Part shown: positions 17,801 to 27,969 of the stretch, piece after piece
How the letters are laid out: each line of letters opens with the position of its first letter
Position numbering within the stretch: position 1 is the stretch's first letter
Assembly: GCA_044229975.1 (NCBI GenBank)
Contig: JBGARZ010000001.1
Span: 480,001-544,000 of the forward strand
Direction of reading: 5' to 3'
DNA length: 64,000 nucleotides
Source: Polyangiales bacterium
GTDB lineage: Bacteria; Myxococcota_A; Polyangia; Polyangiales; Ga0077539
Notes under the pieces: model-generated
The model's input: the letters and a program-made list of their open reading frames with translations, nothing else
Told to the model about the DNA's origin: nothing
Databases searched by the model: none
Translations under genes and position numbers: made by a program

Positions 17801-20800
17801 GTCGGCCCACGAGCGACGAGCCCGTGGTGGTGAGCGCCGTCGGCCGCTACTTCCTGCGCCGCATCGCGCGCAAGACCTGGAGCTACTTCGAGACCTTCGT
17901 CGGAGCCGACGACCACTTCCTGCCGCCCGACAACTTCCAGCACGTGCCGCAGCCCTTGGTGGCGCATCGCACCTCGCCGACCAACCTCGGGCTGTCGCTG
18001 CTGGCCAACTTCTCGGCGCTCGACCTCGGCTACCTCGGGCTCCATGACTGCGCCGACCGCGTCGAGCGAGCGCTCACCACCATGGAGAAGATGGAGCGCC
18101 ACCGCGGGCACTTCCTCAACTGGTACGACACGCAGTCGCTCGCGCCGCTGCACCCGCGCTACGTCTCCACCGTCGACAGCGGCAACCTCGCGGGCATGCT
18201 GATCGCGCTACGCCAGGCGTGCCTGCTCGCGACGCGCCCTCCCTCCGCGCGGCAGATCGTCGATGGCCTCGCCGACACGCTGCGCCTGCTCGACGAGGAG
18301 ATCGATCGCGCCGGTGACCGCGCCCTCCGCAAGCTGCGGAGCGGTGACGCGTCCTTCGAGCCGCTGCTCGCGCGACCCGCCGAGGCGACGGCCGACCGTG
18401 GCGAGTGGCTCCAGTCGCTCCGCCGCTGCGCCGAGGCCCTCAACGACGCACTGCCCGCTGATGCGCCTGCGACCCATCGCGAGATCGCCCGTTGGACGCG
18501 CTGCCTCATCGCGCAGATCGAGTCGCACCTCGCCGACGCGACCGACGCCTCGTCGCTCGTCGAGCTGCGGACGCGCCTCGCCGCCCTCGCGGCGCGCGCC
18601 GACACGATGGCCGAGGGGATGGAGTTCGAGTTCTTGTTTCACAAGGAGCGGCAGCTCTTCGCCATCGGGCTCGACGTCGGGGCCGACCGCCTCAACACGT
18701 CGTTTTACGACCTGCTCGCGAGCGAGTCGCGGCTCGGGAGCTTCGTCGCCATCGCCAAGGGCGATGTGCCCGTGAAGCACTGGTACAAGCTCGGTCGGGC
18801 GCTCACCCAGGTCGGGCGCCGACGCGCGCTCCTGTCGTGGACAGGAACGATGTTCGAGTACCTGATGCCCTCGCTGCTGATGCGGACGTACCCCAACACG
18901 CTCCTCGACGAGACGTGCCGCGCGGTGGTCGACGCCCAGGCCGTCTACGGCAAGGAGAGCCACGTCCCGTGGGGCATCTCCGAGAGCGCCTACAACGCCC
19001 GCGATCTCCAGCTCAACTACCAGTATGGGCCCTTCGGCGTGCCCGGCCTCGGCATCAAGCGCGGCCTCGCCGAAGACCTCGTCGTCGCGCCCTACGCCAC
19101 CGCCCTCGCGCTGCTCGTCGACCCCAACGCGGCGGTCGAGAACCTCTGGCGCCTCGTCGCCGAAGGGCTCGAAGGCGACTACGGCTTCCACGAGTCCATC
19201 GACTACACCTCGTCGCGCGTCCCCGAGGGGCAGCGCGGCGTGATCGTTCGCGCGTACATGGCGCACCACCAGGGCATGAGCCTGCTCGCCATCTCCGAGC
19301 ACCTCACCGGCGGCAACATGAGCGCGCGCTTCCACGCCGACCCACGGGTGAAGGCCACCGAGCTGCTGCTCCAGGAGCGCGTCCCCCACGAGGCGCCCAT
19401 CGAGGAGCAGACCGACGAGCAGGCTCGACCGCCGCGACCCGCGAAGGAGGTCGTGCGCGAGGAGTGGCTGCCGCTCCGCCTCGACGCGCCGCCCGAAGTG
19501 CACCTGCTCTCCAACGGGAGCTACTCGGTGATGCTCACCGCCGCGGGCGGCGGATACAGCCATCGGCGCGGCCTCGCCGTGACCCGCTGGCGCGAAGACC
19601 CGACGCGCGACGCGTGGGGGCAGTTCGTCTATGTGCGCGATGTGAAGAGCGGGAGGTTCTGGTCGCCCACGCACCAGCCCGTGCCCGCGGCGTCGTCCAA
19701 CGCGGAGCTGTGCTTTCCCGTCGACCGCGCGGAGTTTCGTCGCGCCGACGACGGGGTCGAGACGCACCTCGTGGTCTCCGTCGCGACCGAGGACGACGCC
19801 GAGGTGCGCGCCGTCAAGGTGACCAACCTCTCCGACGAGGCGCGGGAGCTGGAGCTCACCAGCTACGCCGAGGTGGTGCTCGCGCCGCCCAACGCCGACG
19901 CCGCGCACCCCGCCTTCGCCAAGCTCTTCGTCGAGACGGAATTCGTCCCCGCGCACGGCGCGTTGCTCGCGTCGCGTCGACCGCGGTCCGCCGAAGAGGC
20001 GCGCGTGTGGGCCGTCCACGTCTGCACCGTCGAGGGTGAGGCCGTCGGCACCGTGAGCTACGAGACCGACCGCGCCCGCTTCATCGGCCGCGGACGCAAC
20101 CGGCGCGACCCGGTCGCCATGGAGTCCGAGCTGCCCGGGACGACAGGCGCCGTGCTCGACCCGGTGTTCAGCTTGCGGCGTCGCGTGCGAGTCGCCGCAG
20201 GGAAGTCCGCGCGCATCCTGTTTACGACGGCGGTCGCCGACACCCGCGAGGCGGCGCTGCTGCTCGCCGAGAAGTACGCCGACCCGGCCTCGGCCAACCG
20301 CGCCCCGGCGCTCGCGTGGACCCACGCGCAGTCGCAGCTCCACTACCTCGGCATCGGCGTCGACGAGGCCCGCACCTTCCTGCGCCTTGCGTCGCGGCTG
20401 CTCTACATCGACCGCTCCGCGCGGGCCCGCGCCGACGTGCTCGCGCGCAACCGCCGCGGCCAGTCGGGCCTGTGGGCCTACGGCATCTCCGGCGACCTCC
20501 CCATCGTGCTGCTCAAGGTCGGCGGCGAGGAGCACATCGACCTCGAACGCGAGGTGCTCCACGCCCACGAGTACTGGCGCATGCGCGGCCTCGCGGTCGA
20601 CCTCGTGATCCTCAACGAGCACCCGCCGAGCTACCTGCAATCGTTTCAGGATCAGCTCCTCGGCGTGGTGCGTTCGGGCCCTGGCGGCAGCCTCGTCGAC
20701 AAGCCCGGCGGCATCTTCGTGCGGCGCGCCGATGTCATGCCCATCGAAGACCAGACGCTGCTCGCCGCCGCTGCCCGCGTCGTCCTCGTCGGCGGTCGCG

Positions 20801-23322
20801 GAACCCTCGCCGAACAGGTCGGTCGCGACCTCCACGAAGCGCCGTTGCCCGGCCCGCTGGTGCCGAGCCGCAAGCCTGGGACGACCGTCGTCGCGCCCTC
20901 CACCTCGCCGGAGCTGCGTTTCGACAACGCGCTCGGCGGCTTCTCTGAAGACGGACGCGAGTACGTCATCCGCCTCGCGCCGGGTCAGGCGACGCCCGCG
21001 CCCTGGGTCAACGTGCTCGCCAACGCGGGCTTCGGCGCGGTCGTGAGCGAGTCGGGCTCTGGCTACGAGTGGGCCGAGAACAGCCACGAAAACCGCCTCA
21101 CCGAGTGGACCAACGACCCGGTCTCCGACCCCTCGACGGGCGCCATCTACGTGCGCGACGAGGACAGCGGCGCCCTCTGGACGCCGACCCCGTTGCCCAT
21201 CCGCAGCGACGCCACCTTCGTCGTGCGCCACGGTCAGGGCTACTCGGTCTTCGAGAGCACCATCCACGGCATCGCGCAGGAGCTCACCGTCTTCGTCGCC
21301 CCCGACGACCCGGTGAAGATCTCCCGTCTCACGCTTCGCAACACCGGCGGATGGCCGCGCAAGCTCACCGTCACCGGCTACGTCGAGTGGACCCTCGGCG
21401 TGCTGCGCGAGACCTCTTCGGCGCACGTTCTCACCAGCATCGACGACGGCTGCGGCGCCCTGCTCGCGCGCAACACCTACCCCAACGACCACGGCTCCCG
21501 CGTCGCCTTCGCCGACACGTCACCGCGCTTCCGCGCTTTCACCGGCGACCGCCTGGAGATGCTCGGCTACTACGGCGACACCGCGCATCCGGCGGCGCTC
21601 GGGCGTGTCGGATTGAGCGGGCGCGTCGGGGCGGGCTTCGATCCGTGTGCGGCGCTTCAAGCAGAGATCACGCTCGCGCCCGGCGAGACGAAGGAGTTCG
21701 TCTTCGTGATGGGGCAGGTGCTGGAGGTTGCTCACGCACGCGAGCTCGTCGCCCGCTACCGCGCACCGGGCGCCGTCGCCGATGCCTTGAAGGCGGTGAC
21801 GGCTCGCTGGGACGAGCTGCTCGGCGCCATCGAGGTGAAGACGCCCGACGAGGGCCTCGACCTGCTGGTCAACCGTTGGCTGCTCTACCAGGTCGTGGTG
21901 TGCCGCCTGTGGGCGCGCACCGGGCTCTACCAGTCGGGCGGGGCGTACGGCTTTCGCGATCAGCTCCAGGACGTGGCGGCGCTCGTCTATTCGCGGCCCG
22001 AGCTCGCGCGCGAGCACATCCTGCGGGCGGCGGCGCGGCAGTTTCCTGAGGGAGACGCGCAGCACTGGTGGCACCCGCCGACGGGCCGCGGCGTGCGAAC
22101 GCGCTTCGCCGACGACTACCTCTGGCTGCCGCTCATCGTCGCCCACTACGTCACCACCACCGGGGACGTCGGCATCCTCGACGAGTCGGTGTCGTTCATC
22201 GAGGCGCGCGCGCTGGAGCCCGACGAACAGGAGGCGTACCTGCTGCCCACCGTGTCCGAGGAGCGGGCCACATTGGAGGAGCACTGCGCCCGCGCGCTCG
22301 ACCGCAGCATGGTCACGGGCGCCCACGGCCTCCCCCTCATCGGCTGCGGCGACTGGAACGACGGCATGAACCGCATCGGCACCGCCGGCCGCGGCGAGAG
22401 CGTGTGGATGGCGTGGTTTCTCATCACGACCATCGAGCGCTTCACGGCGGTGATGGGCGAGCGCCTGCACCCCGCGCGATCGGCCCGCTACCTGGCCCAC
22501 GCCGCGGCGCTGAAGACGGCGACCCACGACAACGCCTGGGACGGCGGTTGGTACCTGCGGGCGTTCTTCGACGACGGCACTGCACTCGGGTCGGCGAGCG
22601 CCGAGGAGTGCCGCATCGACTCCCTCTCGCAGAGCTGGAGCATCATCTCCGGGGCGGGCGATCGTGACCGCTCGACGCGCGCGCTGGCCGCGGTGGAAGA
22701 GCACCTCGTCGACCGCGAGGCGGGCATCGTGAAGCTGCTCGCGCCGCCCTTCGACAAGACCCCGCACGACCCCGGGTACATCAAGGGATACGTTCCCGGC
22801 GTGCGCGAAAATGGCGGGCAGTACACGCACGCCGCGGCCTGGGTGGCGCTCGCCGAGACGATGCTTGGTCACGGCGACGAGGCGGGTGCGCTGCTGCGGC
22901 TCATCAACCCGGTGCACATCACCGCGAGCGCCGAAGGGGTCGCGCGCTACCGGGTCGAGCCGTACATCGTCGCGGCCGACATCGCCGCAGTCTCTCCCCA
23001 CGCCGGGCGCGGCGGCTGGACCTGGTACACCGGCTCGGCGAGCTGGGTGTACCGCGTCGTCGTCGAGTCGGTGCTGGGCCTCCGGGTGCGCGGCGACTCC
23101 TTCACTGTCGACCCGTGTGTGCCGGCGGAGTGGCCCGGCTTCTCGCTCACGTGGAAGCGCGGCGCCACCACCTGGGTGGTCACCGTCGAGAACCCCTCCC
23201 ACGTCCAGCGCGGCGTGACCGCGGTGTCCATGGACGACCGCGCGCTCGACGACGGCCGCGTCCCGATGGTGGACGACGGTCGGGCCCACCGCGTACGCGT
23301 GGTGCTGGGCGCGCCGGGCTGA
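14857..23322 (+). CDS. ndvB: Cyclic beta-1,2-glucan synthase (Cgs/NdvB; GT84 + central glycoside-hydrolase-like domain + GH94)
   Basis: 2821 aa. EWLLDNF, GWERKRGK, TLDADT, SHDLLEG, RRHRWIRGDWQ, HRTSPTNLG, WGISES, YQSGGAYGFRDQLQD, GDWNDGMN, RENGGQYTH, GGWTWYTGSA. Confidence 0.96.
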   Translation: MTAATPLPPEDPPHAEHLGPERLDAVALRLAREHTGSTRPATRHSDVLTRLEDNRRQLVDNYRATLKAAESGGWISPAGEWLLDNFHVIAEQLREGRENLPRRFYRELPELSEGPHAGYPRAFAIAIELITNTDGLLDVALLERFLTAYQSVTPLTVGELWAIPIALRHAFLDRLAKIAARVDTARREREAAEALADELALIATSGPDTVAVALERRVSRRVRPSTTMFATELALRLRDRHPALALATAWLERRILEQGTTLDEAIRAEHRSQAANQISVGNCITSMRTITATDWTKVFESLSVVEQVLRRDPSGTHPLQDFATRDRYRHVIERIGKRTGRPEHEVAEAAITIARAAFERAGEIVETPREAHVGYYLVGPGLAALESAVGYQAPPIERFGRALLAHATIAYLGPIILGSPLLAAGFAAWAHELGASPGAAVALGVLALLPASELVSGLANLVATAARAPVALPKLDFADGIHTDFRTLVVVPMMLGSREGIDEQVEALELRYLANQDPALRFALLSDFPDASTERAAGDDELLAAAEAGILRLGRQYGVGRFYLLHRRRVWSDGEQRFMGWERKRGKVTELNKLILDEGETTFSSVVGDRAWLAGIRFVLTLDADTQLPLGTAARLVGTLAHPLNRPRIDPTTGVVVEGHGVLQPRVSVSPTSARRSLFARIFASQEGIDPYTSAVSDVYQDLFAEGSFVGKGLYDVRAFEATLRDRVPEAAVLSHDLLEGLYARAALVSDVELYDDTPSHYLAASLRRHRWIRGDWQIAPWLGSSPPRADGKREGNPLSAIGRWKVLDNLRRSLVAPSTLGLLLVGWIIVPAPVAWTAMVAVLLALPTFAHWSSTAVRRPRRATWSVHLRRVTVDAAHNALRSAVNLLFLPHEAWVSVDAVARVFYRRYVSHRGMLEWVTAAQAERAGRTISQAWRAMGPSLAPVVIAFAIAARLDGWPVTALAPLALAWLLSPAIAAWFGRPTSDEPVVVSAVGRYFLRRIARKTWSYFETFVGADDHFLPPDNFQHVPQPLVAHRTSPTNLGLSLLANFSALDLGYLGLHDCADRVERALTTMEKMERHRGHFLNWYDTQSLAPLHPRYVSTVDSGNLAGMLIALRQACLLATRPPSARQIVDGLADTLRLLDEEIDRAGDRALRKLRSGDASFEPLLARPAEATADRGEWLQSLRRCAEALNDALPADAPATHREIARWTRCLIAQIESHLADATDASSLVELRTRLAALAARADTMAEGMEFEFLFHKERQLFAIGLDVGADRLNTSFYDLLASESRLGSFVAIAKGDVPVKHWYKLGRALTQVGRRRALLSWTGTMFEYLMPSLLMRTYPNTLLDETCRAVVDAQAVYGKESHVPWGISESAYNARDLQLNYQYGPFGVPGLGIKRGLAEDLVVAPYATALALLVDPNAAVENLWRLVAEGLEGDYGFHESIDYTSSRVPEGQRGVIVRAYMAHHQGMSLLAISEHLTGGNMSARFHADPRVKATELLLQERVPHEAPIEEQTDEQARPPRPAKEVVREEWLPLRLDAPPEVHLLSNGSYSVMLTAAGGGYSHRRGLAVTRWREDPTRDAWGQFVYVRDVKSGRFWSPTHQPVPAASSNAELCFPVDRAEFRRADDGVETHLVVSVATEDDAEVRAVKVTNLSDEARELELTSYAEVVLAPPNADAAHPAFAKLFVETEFVPAHGALLASRRPRSAEEARVWAVHVCTVEGEAVGTVSYETDRARFIGRGRNRRDPVAMESELPGTTGAVLDPVFSLRRRVRVAAGKSARILFTTAVADTREAALLLAEKYADPASANRAPALAWTHAQSQLHYLGIGVDEARTFLRLASRLLYIDRSARARADVLARNRRGQSGLWAYGISGDLPIVLLKVGGEEHIDLEREVLHAHEYWRMRGLAVDLVILNEHPPSYLQSFQDQLLGVVRSGPGGSLVDKPGGIFVRRADVMPIEDQTLLAAAARVVLVGGRGTLAEQVGRDLHEAPLPGPLVPSRKPGTTVVAPSTSPELRFDNALGGFSEDGREYVIRLAPGQATPAPWVNVLANAGFGAVVSESGSGYEWAENSHENRLTEWTNDPVSDPSTGAIYVRDEDSGALWTPTPLPIRSDATFVVRHGQGYSVFESTIHGIAQELTVFVAPDDPVKISRLTLRNTGGWPRKLTVTGYVEWTLGVLRETSSAHVLTSIDDGCGALLARNTYPNDHGSRVAFADTSPRFRAFTGDRLEMLGYYGDTAHPAALGRVGLSGRVGAGFDPCAALQAEITLAPGETKEFVFVMGQVLEVAHARELVARYRAPGAVADALKAVTARWDELLGAIEVKTPDEGLDLLVNRWLLYQVVVCRLWARTGLYQSGGAYGFRDQLQDVAALVYSRPELAREHILRAAARQFPEGDAQHWWHPPTGRGVRTRFADDYLWLPLIVAHYVTTTGDVGILDESVSFIEARALEPDEQEAYLLPTVSEERATLEEHCARALDRSMVTGAHGLPLIGCGDWNDGMNRIGTAGRGESVWMAWFLITTIERFTAVMGERLHPARSARYLAHAAALKTATHDNAWDGGWYLRAFFDDGTALGSASAEECRIDSLSQSWSIISGAGDRDRSTRALAAVEEHLVDREAGIVKLLAPPFDKTPHDPGYIKGYVPGVRENGGQYTHAAAWVALAETMLGHGDEAGALLRLINPVHITASAEGVARYRVEPYIVAADIAAVSPHAGRGGWTWYTGSASWVYRVVVESVLGLRVRGDSFTVDPCVPAEWPGFSLTWKRGATTWVVTVENPSHVQRGVTAVSMDDRALDDGRVPMVDDGRAHRVRVVLGAPG

Positions 23323-23380
23323 CCTTCGCGCGGCGCTGGATTCGCCAGAGGCCGCGGTGATACGGTCCCGGCCCACGGTG

Positions 23381-24619
23381 ATGGCCCTGACCCCTCGACG
23401 ACGCTCCGGTTGGTGGTTCGCGGCTGCGGTGGTCCTGGCGAGCGCGACGGCGTCGGCCGACCCGATGGACCTCTCGCTCAACCGCCTCAGCTACTACAAC
23501 AACACCCCGTGGACCTCCGGGGGCGTCTCGTACAACCCCACGCGCTGGGCCTTCCGCGGCGGCTGCGGAACGCCCGGCACCGCGGGCTCCGACGGTCAGG
23601 CGTACGCCCAGTGTTTCCCCGACAACCAGCTCTGGGCCAACCTGGTCAACGAGCTCGGCGCGGCGCTCGCTCCTTCCCTCGCGGCTCCCGCGATGACCCT
23701 CGGCGTCGCGGGTCTCTACGTCGGCTACGAGGTGTCCGTGACCAACCTCCAGCGCACCGGCGAGCACTGGCGACGCGGCACCGAGGGGTCCATCACCTCC
23801 AACGTCAACAGCGACACCAGCAGCCGTCGCGACAACGGCGACGCGGCGGCGTTCGTGTCCCGCATCCATGTGCGCAAGGGCCTGCCCTTCGGCTTCGAGC
23901 TCGGCACCCAGGTGAGCCACCTCCACTCCAGCGGCATGTGGGCCATCGGGCTCGACCTGCGCTGGTCGCTCTTCGAGGGCTTCCACCGCGGCCTCGGCTG
24001 GCTGCCCGACCTCGCGGTGCGCGGATCGGTCAACACCCTCGCGGGCCAGTCGCAGATGGCGCTCACCGTCGTCGGCATCGACGCCGTGCTCTCCAAGCGA
24101 TTTGCCATCGGTGGCCAGGTGCGGCTCAGCCCGTACATCGGCGGTCAGGGGCTGCTCATCTTCGGCGACTCCGGCGTCATCGACCTCACGCCGTCGCGCA
24201 GCGCCCAGGCCGAGTGCCCGCGGCCGCAGACCCGCTTCATCCCCGACACCCGCACCGGCGCCGACCGTTCGCCGTCGGGGCTCGTCGGGCAGGTGTTCTG
24301 CAACGGCGGCGGAACGCTCCCGAGCCCGACGCTGCCGGGCGACCTCAACGACACCCGCAACAGCGCGGTGTTTGCCCCGATGAGAATCCTGCGGACGCGC
24401 GGGTTTCTCGGGCTCCAGATGCAGTGGGAGATCTTGATGGTGACGGCGGAGTTCTCCGTCGACCTCGGTGACCCGTCGTTTACGACCACCCCTTCGGCGG
24501 ACGCCGGGCGACCCGTAGCGACCAACGTGGCCGCGGGCGCCTCGACCCGAACCCCCATCAGCCTCGACAACTACACCCAGTGGACCACCACCGTCGGTGT
24601 CGGGTTCGCCTTCCGCTGA
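23381..24619 (+). CDS. Hypothetical secreted / outer-membrane protein
   Basis: Signal peptide (ASA-DP), amphipathic beta strands (RIHVRKGLPFGFELG), C-terminal VGVGFAFR. Confidence 0.7.
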   Translation: MALTPRRRSGWWFAAAVVLASATASADPMDLSLNRLSYYNNTPWTSGGVSYNPTRWAFRGGCGTPGTAGSDGQAYAQCFPDNQLWANLVNELGAALAPSLAAPAMTLGVAGLYVGYEVSVTNLQRTGEHWRRGTEGSITSNVNSDTSSRRDNGDAAAFVSRIHVRKGLPFGFELGTQVSHLHSSGMWAIGLDLRWSLFEGFHRGLGWLPDLAVRGSVNTLAGQSQMALTVVGIDAVLSKRFAIGGQVRLSPYIGGQGLLIFGDSGVIDLTPSRSAQAECPRPQTRFIPDTRTGADRSPSGLVGQVFCNGGGTLPSPTLPGDLNDTRNSAVFAPMRILRTRGFLGLQMQWEILMVTAEFSVDLGDPSFTTTPSADAGRPVATNVAAGASTRTPISLDNYTQWTTTVGVGFAFR

Positions 24620-24690
24620 CACGCGGTCGCCGCTCGACAACGGCCCCGGTGCGGCGCACACCTCCCCGCCAATAGGAGCATCGACAATCC

Positions 24691-25020
24691 ATGGACGAAT
24701 CAACTCGGCAGCGCATCGAAGGCATCGTCACCGGCCACAAGGTCGTGCTGTTCATGAAGGGCACCAAGCACTTCCCCCAGTGCGGCTTCTCGGGCGCCGT
24801 GGTGCAGGTGCTCAACGCCAACAAGGCCGCCTACGAGACGGTCAACGTGCTGGCCGATCCGGCCATCCGCGAGGGCATCAAGGAGTTCGCCAACTGGCCG
24901 ACCATCCCGCAGCTCTACATCGGCGGGGAGTTTGTCGGCGGGGCCGACATCGTGCGCGATCTGCACACCAAGGGTGAGCTCGCGAGCATGCTGCAGAAGG
25001 TCTCGGCGGTCGCCTCGTAG
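24691..25020 (+). CDS. grxD: Monothiol glutaredoxin (Grx4 family)
   Basis: [41 protein letters not shown]. Confidence 0.96.
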   Translation: MDESTRQRIEGIVTGHKVVLFMKGTKHFPQCGFSGAVVQVLNANKAAYETVNVLADPAIREGIKEFANWPTIPQLYIGGEFVGGADIVRDLHTKGELASMLQKVSAVAS

Positions 25021-25066
25021 TCCCCACCCCACTCCGGGTCGGTTGTGCTCTAGACTCCGCCGCCCC

Positions 25067-27271
25067 ATGAGCACCGCATCGCCCTCGTCCCTCCGCGCGC
25101 GCCTCGCCGACCACGCCCTGCTCGCGTACCTCTCCCCCCTCTTCGCCGGGCGACGCATCGCCGTCGTGGGCGCGTCGTCCGGTGACGTCGCCCACCGCGC
25201 CCGCGCGCTCGGGGCCCACACGGTGATCTCCTTCGGCGGCGTCGCCGAGGACATCGCGGTGCGCGCGCTCACGCCGGGAGCCATCGCGGCCTTCCACGGC
25301 AAGCTCGACGTGATCGTGGTGCCCGACGCAGCAGCCGTCCCCTCGCTGGTGGCGGTGCTCGATGAGGCCCGACGTGCGCTCGGCTCCGACGGCGTGCTCG
25401 TGGTGGGCGCCGAGCCCGACGACGCGCCCGTCCCCATGGAGGCATCGGGCAAGTCGTCGCCCGTGGGCTTCTCGCAGCTCCACGAGCTCTGCGCCGCGCG
25501 CTTCGGATCGGTGCGCATGGTCGGCCGCGGTCCCTTCGTCGGGTACACCCTCGCGACGCTCGACGAGGGCGCCGAGGGCGTCGGGCTCGACACGCGACTG
25601 GTCGACGGTGATCCGCCGAAGCCCGAGGCGTTCATCGCGGTGGCGTCGGACAGCGCCGTCGCGCTGGAGCCGCTCGCGGTGGTGCAGGTGGCGTCGGAGG
25701 TTCTTCATTCGCTGCGCTCTGCGGCGCGGGGTGACCTCGAAGCGAAGGTGGCTGAGCGCGACCAGAAGCTGAAGGACGCCGAGCAGGCGAGCGCCGAGCG
25801 CTGGGTGAAGCTCCAGCGCCTGGAGCACGGTCTCAAGGAGCTCGAAGACGAGCACCGCAAGGCCCGCGACAAGGCCGTCCGTCTCCAGAAAGAACTCGAC
25901 GACGAGCGCAAGCTCCGCACCCGCATCGAGCTCGACCAGCAGATGACCCGGCGCGCGCCGGAGCTGCCCAGGACGCCCGACCTGCAACCCGAGCTCGATC
26001 GCGTGAAGGCGTCGCTCGCGGGCACCGAGGCGCGAGCGACGGCGATCGCCAACGACCTCACGGCCGCCAACGCGCGCATCACCACCGCCGAGGCAGCGCT
26101 GGAGGAGTCCAAGGCGCGGGTTCGCTCGCTGGGCGCCGACGTGATGACGGTGCAGGCGGCGCTCGACGCGGCGCTCAAGCGCGAGGCCGACCTCCAGCGC
26201 GAGCTCGACGAGACGCAGGCGACCGAGGCCGAGCTCCGCGAGCAGCTCGACGAGGCGTCGTCACGGCCGGCCCCCGCGCCGGTGGTGATCGAAGCGCCGC
26301 CCGCGAAGCCCGAGGGGCCGACGCGCGAGGAGCTTCAGGCGTTGCAGACGGCGCTCGACGCCGAGCGCACGGCGAGAGCGTTGGCGCAGGCGGAGTTCTT
26401 GCGGGCGGAGACACTGCTCGCCGAGCGCGGGGCCGAGCTGGTGCGGGCCGAGGCGCTGCGCACGATGGCGGTCGAGGCGACCAGGGAGCTGTCGCTGACG
26501 GCGCAGCGGGGCGGCCTCCCGGCCGAGGCGCTGGCGTCGCTGCGAGCGGGCCTCGACGAGGCCCAGCGGGCGCGGGCGGCGGTGGCCGATGAGCGCGACG
26601 CCCTGGCGGCGCAGCTCGTGGCGGCGGCGGGTGAGTCGCAGCAACTGCGGTGGCGGCTGGCCGAAGCGGCCGCGGTGAACGAGGCGCCCGTGGTCGACAC
26701 GAGCGCGCTGACCGAGCGCGACGCCCGCATCGGGGAGCTGGAGCGGGAGGTCGAGCGGTTGGTTCAGGCGCTGTCGGTGTCGGGCGCGCAGGCGACGCAG
26801 GAGCTCGACGCGTCGCTCGCCGAACGGGTCCACGCATACGACCTGCTCAAGGCCGAAGCGCAGGGCACGCGGATGCGGCTCGACGAGGCCGAGCGCTCGC
26901 TCGCGGCGCCGCGCGTGGCTGCGGTCGCGGTCGCCGATACGTCAGCGCTGGACGCGGAGATCGCTCGCCTGAAGAGCTCACTCGCCGACTCGCAGGAGAG
27001 CGTGGAGGAGCTTCAGGGTTCGCAGTCGCGGCTCGACCGCGCGCTGCGCGACCTGGAGGCGACGGCGCGCAGGCTGGCGGAGACCGAGGAGAACCTCGGG
27101 CAGTCGCGCGCGGAGACGGTGGTGCTGCACGCCCGCGCGGGTCGCGAGGACGCGCTGCGGGGCGCGGCGGAGACGGCACGGCGTGGCATCTCGTCGCTGC
27201 TGGCCGACGGGCGCGGTGCCCTGCTGGCGCCGGAGCTCATGGGCATCCTGCGCGCGCTCGAAGTGGACTGA
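25067..27271 (+). CDS. Long coiled-coil protein with N-terminal methyltransferase-like alpha/beta domain
   Basis: N-terminal GRRIAVVG...LDEARRALGSDGVLVV resembles a degenerate class I MTase, followed by roughly 500 aa of E/A/R/L heptads. Confidence 0.7.
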   Translation: MSTASPSSLRARLADHALLAYLSPLFAGRRIAVVGASSGDVAHRARALGAHTVISFGGVAEDIAVRALTPGAIAAFHGKLDVIVVPDAAAVPSLVAVLDEARRALGSDGVLVVGAEPDDAPVPMEASGKSSPVGFSQLHELCAARFGSVRMVGRGPFVGYTLATLDEGAEGVGLDTRLVDGDPPKPEAFIAVASDSAVALEPLAVVQVASEVLHSLRSAARGDLEAKVAERDQKLKDAEQASAERWVKLQRLEHGLKELEDEHRKARDKAVRLQKELDDERKLRTRIELDQQMTRRAPELPRTPDLQPELDRVKASLAGTEARATAIANDLTAANARITTAEAALEESKARVRSLGADVMTVQAALDAALKREADLQRELDETQATEAELREQLDEASSRPAPAPVVIEAPPAKPEGPTREELQALQTALDAERTARALAQAEFLRAETLLAERGAELVRAEALRTMAVEATRELSLTAQRGGLPAEALASLRAGLDEAQRARAAVADERDALAAQLVAAAGESQQLRWRLAEAAAVNEAPVVDTSALTERDARIGELEREVERLVQALSVSGAQATQELDASLAERVHAYDLLKAEAQGTRMRLDEAERSLAAPRVAAVAVADTSALDAEIARLKSSLADSQESVEELQGSQSRLDRALRDLEATARRLAETEENLGQSRAETVVLHARAGREDALRGAAETARRGISSLLADGRGALLAPELMGILRALEVD

Positions 27272-27900
27272 TGAGCACCTGCGGCGCGAGCTGCGGCATC
27301 ACGAAGCAGCGCGCGAAGGAGCGCGACAAGGCGACGTCGGCGGCGCTGCGGGCGTTCGCGGAGGGGAGGCGCGACACGCCGCGGTGGTGGCCTGACAAGG
27401 CGACCTTCACCGCGGCGGAGGTCGAGGCGCTGGCCGAGGCGCTGCGACGGGCGCTGCCGTGCCGCGCGGCGGTGGTTCCGGCGGCGGACGAGCTCGCGGC
27501 GACGTGGGTGTACGTCGTGGCGACGGTGGGCGCGGGCTCGTGGGTGGAGCTGCGCGAGGGGCTGTCGACGCGCGTGCCCACGGTGACGGAAGAGCGCGGG
27601 CTGCGGGTGGGGCTGTCGGCGCTGTTTCGCGCGGCGGTGGTGCAGGAGTTCGAGGTGCGAGCGACGGTCGACGGCGCCAACGTTTGGCTGGAGGAGTCGC
27701 GCGTGGCGGGCGTGGAAGACAAGCGGTTGCAGATGTTCGTGAAGGCGTCGCAGGGGCTCCTGCGGACGATGAAGATCAGCACGCTGGACGCGGCGTTTCT
27801 CGGGGAGCCGGCGGTGGCGGGAGGCGACGCGCTGTGGTCGCTGCTCTTCGACGCCGACCCGATGGCGAGCCGCGCAGGCATCGAGGTCGCGTTGGGCTGA
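27271..27900 (+). CDS. Hypothetical protein
   Basis: TGATG stop/start overlap with the upstream gene. N-terminal MSTCGASCG. Confidence 0.65.
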   Translation: MSTCGASCGITKQRAKERDKATSAALRAFAEGRRDTPRWWPDKATFTAAEVEALAEALRRALPCRAAVVPAADELAATWVYVVATVGAGSWVELREGLSTRVPTVTEERGLRVGLSALFRAAVVQEFEVRATVDGANVWLEESRVAGVEDKRLQMFVKASQGLLRTMKISTLDAAFLGEPAVAGGDALWSLLFDADPMASRAGIEVALG

Positions 27901-27969
27901 CGACTGGCTGCGCGCGGACAGCGTCGCGGTCACGTCCACAGTCGCAGTCCCGTTTCATACAATCGCGGG

